The notes beneath the pieces are model-generated. The model saw only the letters and a list, made by a program, of their open reading frames with translations, did no database searches and was not told the DNA's origin. 64,000 bases of DNA from Clostridia bacterium (GTDB taxonomy: Bacteria > Bacillota > Clostridia > Christensenellales > CAG-314). Below are positions 48,301-56,916 of the stretch, piece after piece. The DNA is taken from positions 108,357 to 172,356 of the forward strand of contig JAVVRZ010000003.1 in assembly GCA_036654455.1 (NCBI GenBank), in the 5' to 3' direction. Position 1 is the stretch's first letter, and each line of letters opens with the position of its first letter. The position numbers and the translations under genes were made by a program.

Positions 48301-49038
48301 TTATATCCACTTATACAGTTTTGGCATAATGCGTTTATGACAAGTTGTGGTATGATAACGCTCAATAATTGCCTGCGAGCGAGGACTAACGGGAATGCCC
48401 ATCATAACTTTTTCAATTTCGTCATAAGTAACGCCTAGCTCGTTCTCGTCGGTTTGACCTTCGTAAAGTCCTGCCGAAGGGCGTTTGCTTATTATTGAAC
48501 TTGGCGCATTGAGATATCTTAAAAAGTCATAAACTTCGCTAACCGTAAGGTCGGCAATACAATTAAAGTCGCTTGCCCCGTCGCCCCACTTAGTAAAGTA
48601 GCCCATATATAGTTCGCATGCGTTGCCCGTACCGGCAACGACACAACCACGAGTTTGGGCGATAGAATAAAGAGTAGTCATTCTTAGTCTTGGAGCTATA
48701 TTTGATATTGATTGAGGCGAAAGCTGTTGGCAAGCAAGTTTATCTAATAAATCTTGTTTAAGGCTGGTTAAATCTACCGTAATATTTGGTATGTTAAATT
48801 GCTTAGAACAAACTAACGCATCTTGCATATCGGTAGAATAATTGACGGCGCTAGAACAAGGCATAATTACGCCCAACGTGTTGTCGCAAGCAAGTTTGCA
48901 AATAATTGATACAAGCGTGCAATCTTTACCGCCCGAATTGCCATAAACTATGCCTTTTGCGTGAGCGTCATATAGAACCTCACGAACAAATTTTATTCTA
49001 CGGCTAAGTTCGGTTTGCCAGTCTTTTAAAAATTCCAT
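48301..49038 (-). CDS. nadE: NH3-dependent NAD+ synthetase (short NadE)
   Basis: PP-loop variant GNSGGKDC, NIAPRLRMTTLY, GTGNACELYMGYFTKWGDGASD, PSAGLYEGQTDENELG. Confidence 0.85.
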   Translation of the reverse strand: MEFLKDWQTELSRRIKFVREVLYDAHAKGIVYGNSGGKDCTLVSIICKLACDNTLGVIMPCSSAVNYSTDMQDALVCSKQFNIPNITVDLTSLKQDLLDKLACQQLSPQSISNIAPRLRMTTLYSIAQTRGCVVAGTGNACELYMGYFTKWGDGASDFNCIADLTVSEVYDFLRYLNAPSSIISKRPSAGLYEGQTDENELGVTYDEIEKVMMGIPVSPRSQAIIERYHTTTCHKRIMPKLYKWI

Positions 49039-49192
49039 TTTTTATTTTTGCCCCCTAGACTTACTTTTTTAAGCGGTATTTGTTTTATTATGCCACGTCA
49101 ATATAATTAATCGCAAGTATTTGCATACAACAATTATTTTAAGCGACTTTTAAGTTGTTAAGAGTAGTGTTGAGTAAGCGCTACTAGAAATG

Positions 49193-49795
49193 CTATTTTA
49201 TAATGTCGTTTGAGTCGTTTGACGAATTTGGTTGGTCGTTTTGGTCGGTTGAAGAGTTAGAACTAGCAGAATTAGTCAAGTCACCTGCGCTAGAAGATAA
49301 ATTATCTTGTTCTAAAACATCTTCGATATGCTCTTTCGAATTAAGTTCTTGCATATTAATATCGTCTTTCGAATTAAGTTCTTGCATATTAATATCGTCT
49401 TGCGAATTAAGTTCTTGCATACTAATATCGTCTTGCGAATTTGATTCGTTTTCGTCTGCTTCAAGCGCAAATTGCTCGTTTTGCTCTCTCTCGGCTTGCT
49501 CTACCATTTGTTTATTCTCTTGCATATATTTCTTTGCGTCGGGTATTACCGAAATAAAATAGCCGATACCTGTTATAAAAGAAAGTATTCGACACAAAAA
49601 CAGCATAGCCATATTGAGATAAGGTATCCAGGAAAAAATTGCATAAACTAGATAAATTAGAAAATCAACGGGTATTAGTACAACAAATAATGGTAGCCCG
49701 ATAATTATACATAAAGTCTTGGCTACGCAATAAAAGAAATTTCTACTTGTATAGGTAAATAGCCGTTTGAATCTATCATAATAATAAGTTCTCAT
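49193..49795 (-). CDS. Membrane protein with an acidic, tandem-repeat C-terminal tail (unknown family)
   Basis: Start ATG 49795 (GGAGGGCGAA RBS). The upstream ORF-track extension is crossed by a terminator. Has 3 hydrophobic helices, then 11-aa repeats DDI(S/N)MQELNS(Q/K) x3. Confidence 0.6.
   Translation of the reverse strand: MRTYYYDRFKRLFTYTSRNFFYCVAKTLCIIIGLPLFVVLIPVDFLIYLVYAIFSWIPYLNMAMLFLCRILSFITGIGYFISVIPDAKKYMQENKQMVEQAEREQNEQFALEADENESNSQDDISMQELNSQDDINMQELNSKDDINMQELNSKEHIEDVLEQDNLSSSAGDLTNSASSNSSTDQNDQPNSSNDSNDIIK
49336..49434. repeat. 33-bp in-frame tandem repeat x3 inside the CDS
   Basis: TCGAATTAAGTTCTTGCATATTAATATCGTCTT occurs three times (49336, 49369, 49402) with 1-3 substitutions. 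Confidence 0.9.
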
Positions 49796-49875
49796 TTCGC
49801 CCTCCGTTAAGATTATATATTGTATTGTACCATATTTAAAGACAAAATTACAATAGATTATGTAAAAATTAGACA

Positions 49876-49905
49876 ATAAAAAAGGGCGCTACTTAAAACG
49901 CCCTT
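49876..49905 (-). terminator. Terminator after membrane protein gene 50026-50586
   Basis: Minus strand: AAGGGCG-loop-CGCCCTT + TTTTTATTG. Confidence 0.7.
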
Positions 49906-50025
49906 ACAGCCAAAAACAACTAAAAAATAAAAACCATTGTACGTACTGGCGTCTTACTCTTTATTGTCAATTTTTGGTTACGACTTATTAAATTTACAAT
50001 CTTTAAGCCTTATTTAGTTTGCGCA

Positions 50026-50586
50026 TTACGCTTTGTGAGTTAGCGCAAGCGCTAGACTTGCAAATGACGCTAAACCAAAAATATATACCCCTACGCCCAT
50101 TAATGCCTTGTAGCTTGTGCTACCTATTTCAACATTTATATTGGTAAATAATATTATCGCTCCAATAATAGTAAGTATAGCGACTAAGGAAGCTAGAATA
50201 GAAATTATTTTGGCTATATTAATATAAATCTTCTTTTTAAGAAAAATACCTAAACAAATCAATGTAAGCATAGAAACGCCAAGTATAATTGATAAAAATG
50301 CGCCAAGCGAAACGGCAAAAGTTCCAAATTCGATATCGTCGAGAGAAATACCGATTACGCTAGCGATAGCTTTAATTTCAGGGCTTGCAGGCTCGCCTGT
50401 AAATAAAGTTTGGGTTAAATCAATGCCATTACTATTTTCGACATTAGGCTTTCCGCCAAAAACAATAGTTTGACACGACGTAAAAGGCAGGAAGAAAGCA
50501 ACAATCATAGCGAGGGCGCAAACCGCCATTACTATTAGGTTGATGCTAATGTTAAATTTTTTGGTCTTCTTTTTTGATTTTGTCAT
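50026..50586 (-). CDS. Polytopic membrane protein, unknown family (186 aa)
   Basis: Start ATG 50586 (AAGGAGAT RBS). Lys-rich N-terminus MTKSKKKTKK, then about 5 hydrophobic segments. Confidence 0.6.
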   Translation of the reverse strand: MTKSKKKTKKFNISINLIVMAVCALAMIVAFFLPFTSCQTIVFGGKPNVENSNGIDLTQTLFTGEPASPEIKAIASVIGISLDDIEFGTFAVSLGAFLSIILGVSMLTLICLGIFLKKKIYINIAKIISILASLVAILTIIGAIILFTNINVEIGSTSYKALMGVGVYIFGLASFASLALALTHKA

Positions 50587-50673
50587 AAAAATCTCCTTAT
50601 ATGTTGTTATTTGTTTAAGTAGGTTCAAAAATGTTTATAACAAATTTGCCTTGCAATTTGTAAACATTATCGA

Positions 50674-52044
50674 CTAAAACTTGTAGACCGCTTCGTGAAT
50701 AATCTCGCAAACCGTCGGGTGGGGAAAAACTAAGCGTTTAATTTGTTCTAGGTCGACGTTTAAATTGATTAAATTAGATGCGACAACTATAAATTCGCTG
50801 GCGTATGTTCCAAAAATGTGCATACCTATTAATTTATTGGTGGTGTTAGAGAGCAACACTCTGCAAAAGCCATTTACCTTAGCGTTTTCGGCGACATATC
50901 TACCCGAATAAGCTAGCGACAACTCGACTAATTTATAATCTAAACATTTCTCTTGGGCTGATTGTTGACTCTCCCCTACGCTTGCAACTTCGGGAAAAGT
51001 ATATATAACCGAAGGAATTGCCGTATAGTCAATAGCGTCAGGTCGACCGCAAATAGTGTTTACTGCAACTTCGCCTTCTCGATAAGCCGTATGGGCTAGC
51101 ATAACCTTGCCGTTACAGTCGCCTATTGCGTAACAGTTAGGAACATTCGTACGCATTTGATTGTCTGTTACAATAGCTCTACGAGCAAGCGTAATATTTA
51201 AATTTTCTAGTCCAAAACCGCTAACGTTAGCTACCCTGCCGATAGACAACAAAACTTTGTCGCAGGCAACCGAATTTGCAACTTCGCCTTCTACGTAGTT
51301 AACTTTGCCGTCTTCGAAACTAACGACCTTGCACCCTAATTTAAATTCGACGTTCTTTTGGGCTAAAACTTTTTGTAACGCTTGTACTGTTTGTAGGTCG
51401 ATTGGATTTGCAATGCGGTCAAGCATTTCTATTACCGTAACCTTACAGTTTAAGGTTGAAAAATAACACGCCATTTCTAGCCCGATTACGCCCCCGCCTA
51501 TTATAGCTAAATGCTCGGGCAAAACTGTTAAATTAAGAATTTCTCGGTTGGTTAAAACAAAGCCTTTTTCAATTTGTTGGACAAGCCCTTCTATTGGAGG
51601 AACAAGACAACTCGACCCTGAGGCTACTAAAAGGTAGTCGCTAAAATAATCTTGGTCGTTGCAGTTTACCACAAATTTATCCGCTTCTTTTGCCTTGATT
51701 ACGGCGTATCCGTTAATTACGGTCACATTTGAGGCTTTAAGTTGCGCCTTAATGCCACGAACAAGTCTAGTCACTACAAAGTCCTTACGCTTAATTATTG
51801 CCTCTTGGCTTGCCGTTACATTGCCGTTTAGCGTTATGCCGTAGCTGTCTAAGTGATTTGCTTGGTCAAACATCTTTGCCGAATAGAGCAAACTTTTGCT
51901 TGGCACACAACCCTCGTTTAAACATACTCCGCCAATTTCTCTACCTTCAAAGATTGCAACCGTAAGACCGGCTTTGCTTGCAAGCTCGGCAGAGTGGTAA
52001 CCGCCGGGACCTGCGCCTATAATAATTAAATCAAAAGAAGTCAT
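50674..52044 (-). CDS. lpdA: Dihydrolipoyl dehydrogenase-type pyridine nucleotide-disulfide oxidoreductase
   Basis: GAGPGGY FAD motif, redox-active GGVCLNEGCVPSK, C-terminal HPT dimerisation motif (FPHPTVCEI). Start ATG 52044 (GGAGGAAA RBS). Confidence 0.85.
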   Translation of the reverse strand: MTSFDLIIIGAGPGGYHSAELASKAGLTVAIFEGREIGGVCLNEGCVPSKSLLYSAKMFDQANHLDSYGITLNGNVTASQEAIIKRKDFVVTRLVRGIKAQLKASNVTVINGYAVIKAKEADKFVVNCNDQDYFSDYLLVASGSSCLVPPIEGLVQQIEKGFVLTNREILNLTVLPEHLAIIGGGVIGLEMACYFSTLNCKVTVIEMLDRIANPIDLQTVQALQKVLAQKNVEFKLGCKVVSFEDGKVNYVEGEVANSVACDKVLLSIGRVANVSGFGLENLNITLARRAIVTDNQMRTNVPNCYAIGDCNGKVMLAHTAYREGEVAVNTICGRPDAIDYTAIPSVIYTFPEVASVGESQQSAQEKCLDYKLVELSLAYSGRYVAENAKVNGFCRVLLSNTTNKLIGMHIFGTYASEFIVVASNLINLNVDLEQIKRLVFPHPTVCEIIHEAVYKF

Positions 52045-52250
52045 AATTAATTTCCTCCACGTATTTATCTTACTTATAAATCTTACCACATAAATAAATA
52101 ATAAGCAATTATCAAAGGCTAGACTAAAACAAATTCTTATTAAAAATATCTATAAAGACTGCTGGCAATTTGGAATATAAATATAACTGTTAATTCGCCT
52201 TAAATATTGACTAAGCGCCTACCTTATGATACTATTTAATTATTGTATGT

Positions 52251-54095
52251 TTGGAGAAAAGTTTGAAAAATTTGTTGCTTAAACTTAAAGATTCGGCAAT
52301 ATCTGTGCTACCTATTACGGCTATTGTATTGCTACTTGGTATATTTGTTGTAAAACTAGATATAGACAGCATTCTTACTTTTTGCTTTGGCGCATTTCTT
52401 CTTATTATAGGTATGGGTTTGTTCTCGCTAGGAGCGGATACGGCAATAGTCAATATCGGCGCAAATATTGGCGCAAGCTTGACAAAAAAGCGTAGCCTTG
52501 CAAGAATAATTATAATTTGTTTCACCATAGGGCTAATAGTTACGGTTGCCGAACCCGACCTACTTGTGCTTGCCGAGCAACTCTCTAATTCGCTTAACAA
52601 ATATTTACTAATACTTTGCGTAGCAATAGGAGTTGGAATTTTTTTGACTCTTGCCATACTAAAAACAATTTTTCAAATTTCTCTACAAAAACTATTGTTT
52701 GTAGCTTACTCGATTGTATTTATACTTGGAATATTTGTCCCAAAAGAATTTTTTCCGCTTGCGTTTGACGGAGGCGGAGTAACTACCGGACCTATGACCG
52801 TACCCTTTATTATGGCGCTTGGCATTGGCTTTGCCTCGACTATTAGTTCTAACCGACCCGACGACAATTTTGGCTTAGTTTCGCTTTGTACGGTTGGACC
52901 TATTATATCTATACTACTTATGGGCATTTTTGCCGATGTTTCGGCTCTGCAAAGTCAAGCGGTAACACAAGCGCCGGCGTTACAAGGCGGACTGATTGGA
53001 AAATTCTTTGTAGCTATGCCCAGTTACATTTTTGACGTTACGCTTGCTCTACTACCTATTATTATATTTTTCTTAATCTACAATTTTGCAGTCTTGCATT
53101 TGCCTAAAAAGTATATAATAAAAACAATGTTTGGCGTCTTTTATGTATTTGTAGGGCTTACGCTATTTTTAACAGGGGTTAACGTAGGATTTGCCGCAGT
53201 TGGAAAAATACTTGGTAGCAAGATTATTTCTAGCCCTTATTCGTGGTTGATTATTCCCGTTGGGGCATTAATAGGCTTCTTTATTGTAGTCGCCGAGCCA
53301 GCAGTTCACGTGCTTAACGAACAAGTCGAACAAATTAGCAACGGTTTGATAAAAAAGAAACAAATGATGCTGTCGCTTATGTTTGGCGTTTCGCTTGCCG
53401 TTGCGCTATCAATGTTGAGAATTGTAGCTAGCCTAAGTATTTGGTGGTTTATTCTACCCGGCTATGCAGTTGCCTTTATACTTTCGCTATTTACGCCTAA
53501 AATATATTCCGCAATAGCCTTTGACAGCGGAGGCGTAGCAAGCGGACCTATGACGGCGACATTTCTACTCCCCTTTGCGCTTGGGGTATGCTCGGCAAAG
53601 CAAGGCAACATCTTTACCGACGCTTTTGGAATAGTAGCTCTTGTAGCTATGACGCCGGTAGTTACCATACAAATACTTGGGCTTGTCGCAACGATTAAAC
53701 AAAAGAAACATATCAAACAACTGGAATTTGAGGCTGTAAAACAAAACGCAAGCGAACAAGATAGTATGGTGGTCTTTGACGCTTTGAGTAAAACTAACCG
53801 AAAAAAGCGTAAAAATATTCAGGTTGCCAGCATACAAAAAAATGAAACACTCCAAACTCAAACACAGCCAAGCGATAACGCAGACATTATAAAAATAGAA
53901 CAACCAACCCTTATAGAAGTCGAACAAACAATAAATAATGTTGACGCAAAAGAGGCTACAACTCAAAAAGATAATATTAATCAAGATACGGTTCAAAGCG
54001 TAGACCTAGCAACCATAAACTTAAATACCCTTAAAGAAGTGGCGACAATCACAGTAGAAAACGCCACAAAGGAGAACGATGAACACACCAATTAA
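52251..54095 (+). CDS. Fused double-DUF1538 integral membrane protein with a hydrophilic C-terminal tail
   Basis: There are two internal repeats: TVAEPDLLVLAEQ / VVAEPAVHVLNEQ and AFDGGGVTTGPMTVPF / AFDSGGVASGPMTATF. The tail is about 125 aa and Q/T/N/E-rich. The start is ambiguous (TTG 52251, or TTG 52263 after GGAG). Confidence 0.8.
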   Translation: MEKSLKNLLLKLKDSAISVLPITAIVLLLGIFVVKLDIDSILTFCFGAFLLIIGMGLFSLGADTAIVNIGANIGASLTKKRSLARIIIICFTIGLIVTVAEPDLLVLAEQLSNSLNKYLLILCVAIGVGIFLTLAILKTIFQISLQKLLFVAYSIVFILGIFVPKEFFPLAFDGGGVTTGPMTVPFIMALGIGFASTISSNRPDDNFGLVSLCTVGPIISILLMGIFADVSALQSQAVTQAPALQGGLIGKFFVAMPSYIFDVTLALLPIIIFFLIYNFAVLHLPKKYIIKTMFGVFYVFVGLTLFLTGVNVGFAAVGKILGSKIISSPYSWLIIPVGALIGFFIVVAEPAVHVLNEQVEQISNGLIKKKQMMLSLMFGVSLAVALSMLRIVASLSIWWFILPGYAVAFILSLFTPKIYSAIAFDSGGVASGPMTATFLLPFALGVCSAKQGNIFTDAFGIVALVAMTPVVTIQILGLVATIKQKKHIKQLEFEAVKQNASEQDSMVVFDALSKTNRKKRKNIQVASIQKNETLQTQTQPSDNADIIKIEQPTLIEVEQTINNVDAKEATTQKDNINQDTVQSVDLATINLNTLKEVATITVENATKENDEHTN

Positions 54096-54417
54096 ATTAT
54101 TATGTCTAATACTGCCCCGAAATAAGGGCGAAACTGCAATAAAAGTGTTGAGCGACAATTCAGTTTTTTTCAACATTCTTACCTACGCAAGAGGCACAGC
54201 TCCGCAAGAAATTGAAAATATACTAGGACTAGGCGACAGTAAGGTCGACGTAGTCTTTTCACTAGTAGCTTCAACTAAAACCAAGCAGGTCTTAACTCAG
54301 CTAAACGATAAGCTAAATTTAACCGAAGTTGGCGGGGGCATAGCCTTCTATATGCCAATTACAAGTATGTCGTCGCTTCAACTATATAATTATTGCGCTC
54401 AAACGGAGGAAAATTAA
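54079..54417 (+). CDS. P-II-like protein, divergent paralogue 1
   Basis: 112 aa with a beta-alpha-beta pattern colinear with the next ORF (GGGIAFYMPITS vs GKGIAFSLPVEE). RBS AAGGAG. The start overlaps the DUF1538 gene by 17 nt. Confidence 0.7.
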   Translation: MNTPIKLLCLILPRNKGETAIKVLSDNSVFFNILTYARGTAPQEIENILGLGDSKVDVVFSLVASTKTKQVLTQLNDKLNLTEVGGGIAFYMPITSMSSLQLYNYCAQTEEN

Positions 54418-54723
54418 ATGGAACTTAGTTTAATAATCACAGTAGTCAATCGAGGTTACGCCGAAGCGGTTATGGACGCAGGTCGAGCAAAAGGCGCTAG
54501 GGGCGGAACAATAATCAACGGACGAGGAACAGGCGCAGAACACGCTAAACAATTCTTCAACCTCGTAATCGAGGCTGAAAAAGAACTTGTATTAATTATA
54601 GCCCCAAGCGACAAATGCGGAGAAATTATGGAAAACATAAGACTACTTGTCGGGCTAAACACTAATGGTAAAGGTATAGCCTTTTCTTTGCCGGTAGAAG
54701 AAGCCGTCGGGCTGAATATTTAA
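54418..54723 (+). CDS. P-II family protein (DUF1538-associated type)
   Basis: LIITVVNRGYAEAVMDAGRAKGARGGTIINGRGTG...EKELVLIIA...GKGIAFSLPVEEAVGL. The ATG immediately follows the previous stop. RBS GGAGGAAA. Confidence 0.8.
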   Translation: MELSLIITVVNRGYAEAVMDAGRAKGARGGTIINGRGTGAEHAKQFFNLVIEAEKELVLIIAPSDKCGEIMENIRLLVGLNTNGKGIAFSLPVEEAVGLNI

Positions 54724-54802
54724 GACAAATTAACCAATCTAAACTAATACGAAGATTAAAAGTTTAACTATATAGTTAAACTTTTCTAATTATTTATCAA
54801 AA

Positions 54803-54841
54803 TAAACAAACAAAAACGCTCTAACTTATGTTAGAGCGTTT
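54803..54841. terminator. Terminator shared by ssrA (-) and the P-II operon (+)
   Basis: AAACGCTCTAAC-TTAT-GTTAGAGCGTTT. On the minus strand it is followed by TTTTGTTTGTTTATTTT. Confidence 0.7.
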
Positions 54842-54855
54842 AATGTGTTTGTGAG

Positions 54856-55233
54856 TGGTGGAGGTGGCGAGACTTGCACTCGCGTACCAATGCGTAGCTG
54901 AAAGACTTTCTTTCACGCTTAGCCTAGTTTTTTTAATTTCCTCGCAAATGCCCTAATAGGCAAGAACAAATGTAAGTAATATGTGGCGGACGGCAAACTT
55001 GCTACATAGTCGCAACTTGCCCTTAAACCGTTTTAAATTACGCCGAAATACTGCCAAACGGTAAACCGTACCCGACGAGCCACTTAATTAAGCAGCGTAA
55101 GCTAATCTGTTAGAACTAACTTGTGTATTATTATTTTTTGCGTTTAAAAATTTGTTGATTTTTTACAAAGATTCAACGACTTCGGCGTGCTTATCCAACC
55201 TCTATCCGCACAGGGCGAATCTATAACACCCCC
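54856..55233 (-). ncRNA. ssrA: Transfer-messenger RNA (tmRNA)
   Basis: 5' GGGGGTGTTATAGATTCG, with G3:U pairing in the acceptor stem. 3' GGTACGCGAGTGCAAGTCTCGCCACCTCCACCA (T-arm + CCA). The internal tag ORF GCA AAA AAT AAT AAT ACA CAA GTT AGT TCT AAC AGA TTA GCT TAC GCT GCT TAA gives AKNNNTQVSSNRLAYAA. Confidence 0.9.
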
Positions 55234-55246
55234 ACTAACTGTAAAT

Positions 55247-55275
55247 ATTCTAACATATTATAGGCAATTTGTCAA
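55247..55275 (-). promoter_or_regulatory. ssrA promoter
   Basis: Minus strand: TTGACA (55275-55270), 17-nt spacer, TAGAAT (55252-55247), about 13 nt before the mature 5' end. Confidence 0.55.
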
Positions 55276-55385
55276 TTTATTATATGTTAGCAAAAACTTT
55301 TTTTGATATTTATCTAATAAAATTTAGGTAAAGTTCGGCGTATAGGCTGAAAAAACTATAAATTAGCTTAGTTTATTGATTAATT

Positions 55386-55414
55386 ACTTCTTTTGCGTTA
55401 TAATAAACAAAAAA
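55386..55414 (+). promoter_or_regulatory. Promoter of the radical-SAM/mtnN/GH2 operon
   Basis: TTGATT, 17-nt spacer, TATAAT. It lies inside the ORF-track N-terminal extension, which supports the ATG at 55430. Confidence 0.5.
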
Positions 55415-55429
55415 GAAAAAGGAAAGTCT

Positions 55430-56245
55430 ATGCCACAAACTGCTCCTAATTACAAAGTTGCGCATTGCGGACTACATTTTTATGAAGAACCGCCTATAAG
55501 CTCGGGCAAAGGTAGCGGTACAATCTTTTTTAGCGGTTGCAATCTACACTGCATTTATTGCCAAAATTATCAAATTTCTCAACAAAGAAAGGGAACAATA
55601 ATAAGCGAACAAGGCTTGTTTGAAATGATGTTATCTTTGCAAGAACAAGGAGCGAATAACATCAATCTTGTAAGTCCAAGCCACTATATAAAGTGTCTTG
55701 CGTTGTCGCTACCAAAAATTAAAAATAAACTCAAAATTCCTATTGTATACAATACAAGTAGCTATGATAAAGTTGAAGATTTAGCTACGCTTAGGGGGCT
55801 AATCGACATCTATCTAGCCGACCTTAAATATGTTTCGCCCGAAATTAGTTTAGCCTTTTCGGGAGTTGACGACTACTTTAAAGTAGCGTCAAAAGCTATT
55901 GAAGAAATGCTTGCTCAACAAAGCAAAAATGTTATTTATAAAGGCATAATGAAAAGAGGCGTTATTATTAGACATCTAGCCTTGCCTAGCCTTAGTCAAG
56001 ATAGCAGACTTGCGCTAGACTATCTTGCAACGTTAAACAAGCCTATTATCAGTCTTATGTCGCAATACGTGCCAATGTATAAAGCGATATATCCACTAAA
56101 CCGCAAACTAAGCAAGCACGAATACGATAGCTTGTGTCAATATATGGCAAATTTAGGGCTTAACAAGGGTTACTTACAGCAACAAGATTCGGCGTCAAGC
56201 CAATATATCCCACTATTTAATCTAATTAACGAGGAGAAGAAATGA
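55430..56245 (+). CDS. Radical SAM protein, PflX/COG1313-like (PFL-activase homologue of unknown substrate)
   Basis: CNLHCIYCQN CxxxCxxC cluster after GTIFFSGC. 271 aa. N-terminus KVAHCGLHFYEEPPISS is typical of the PflX group (from memory). Confidence 0.8.
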   Translation: MPQTAPNYKVAHCGLHFYEEPPISSGKGSGTIFFSGCNLHCIYCQNYQISQQRKGTIISEQGLFEMMLSLQEQGANNINLVSPSHYIKCLALSLPKIKNKLKIPIVYNTSSYDKVEDLATLRGLIDIYLADLKYVSPEISLAFSGVDDYFKVASKAIEEMLAQQSKNVIYKGIMKRGVIIRHLALPSLSQDSRLALDYLATLNKPIISLMSQYVPMYKAIYPLNRKLSKHEYDSLCQYMANLGLNKGYLQQQDSASSQYIPLFNLINEEKK

Positions 56246-56916
56246 TAGCAATTATTTGCGCTTTACAAAGCGAAGCTGAGGCGATACTTAGCAGTTTAAC
56301 TATCACAGGGCAAAAAACCGTTCTAATAGACCACGCTTTATACTCTTTTGACTATGACGGCGTTGAGGGCATTATGCTAGTTTCCGGCGTAGGCAAAGTA
56401 AACTCCGCTATCGCTACGCAATACGCTATCGATATCTATAAGGCTAAATTAATATTTAATTACGGAACCTGCGGAGCAAACCTAGGTAAAGCAAACTTAG
56501 GCGAGGTGTATTTAATAGATAAATGCGCTCAATATGACGTAGACATCAGCGAAATTGACGACGTTGCCGTAGGCGTTCTCAATGGTTGCGGTAACCCCTA
56601 TTTATATACTACTTCTTGCGAACTAACAAACATATTTAAGGTGCGGTCGCTTGCAACGGGCGATAGATTTTCTTGCAAAGACGAATTAACCGAATTTATA
56701 GCCAAAAACTTTGACACTCAACTAAGAGATATGGAAGGCGCATCAATACTTCAAGTAGCAAACGCTAATGGGGTCGCTTGCGTTATGCTTAAAGGAGTGT
56801 CCGATTATGTGGGAAGTAGCAGTATCTCTATGTACAATACTTATGCTTCAAAGGCGCTTGTAGATATTTCAACTCACGTTTCAACTATTTTTGAGAGTTT
56901 AAATAAATTATTATGA
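56242..56916 (+). CDS. mtnN: 5'-methylthioadenosine/S-adenosylhomocysteine nucleosidase
   Basis: MIAIICALQSEAEAIL..., VSGVGKVNSA, GTCGA, DMEGASI motifs (PNP_UDP_1 fold). ATGA overlap with the radical SAM gene. Confidence 0.85.
   Translation: MIAIICALQSEAEAILSSLTITGQKTVLIDHALYSFDYDGVEGIMLVSGVGKVNSAIATQYAIDIYKAKLIFNYGTCGANLGKANLGEVYLIDKCAQYDVDISEIDDVAVGVLNGCGNPYLYTTSCELTNIFKVRSLATGDRFSCKDELTEFIAKNFDTQLRDMEGASILQVANANGVACVMLKGVSDYVGSSSISMYNTYASKALVDISTHVSTIFESLNKLL

Noticed and set aside
52232-53996. Minus-strand ORFs 52232-52657, 52706-52927, 53462-53716 and 53565-53996
   Set aside because: They are antisense to the DUF1538 membrane gene, whose internal duplication and conserved motifs clearly identify the plus frame as real.
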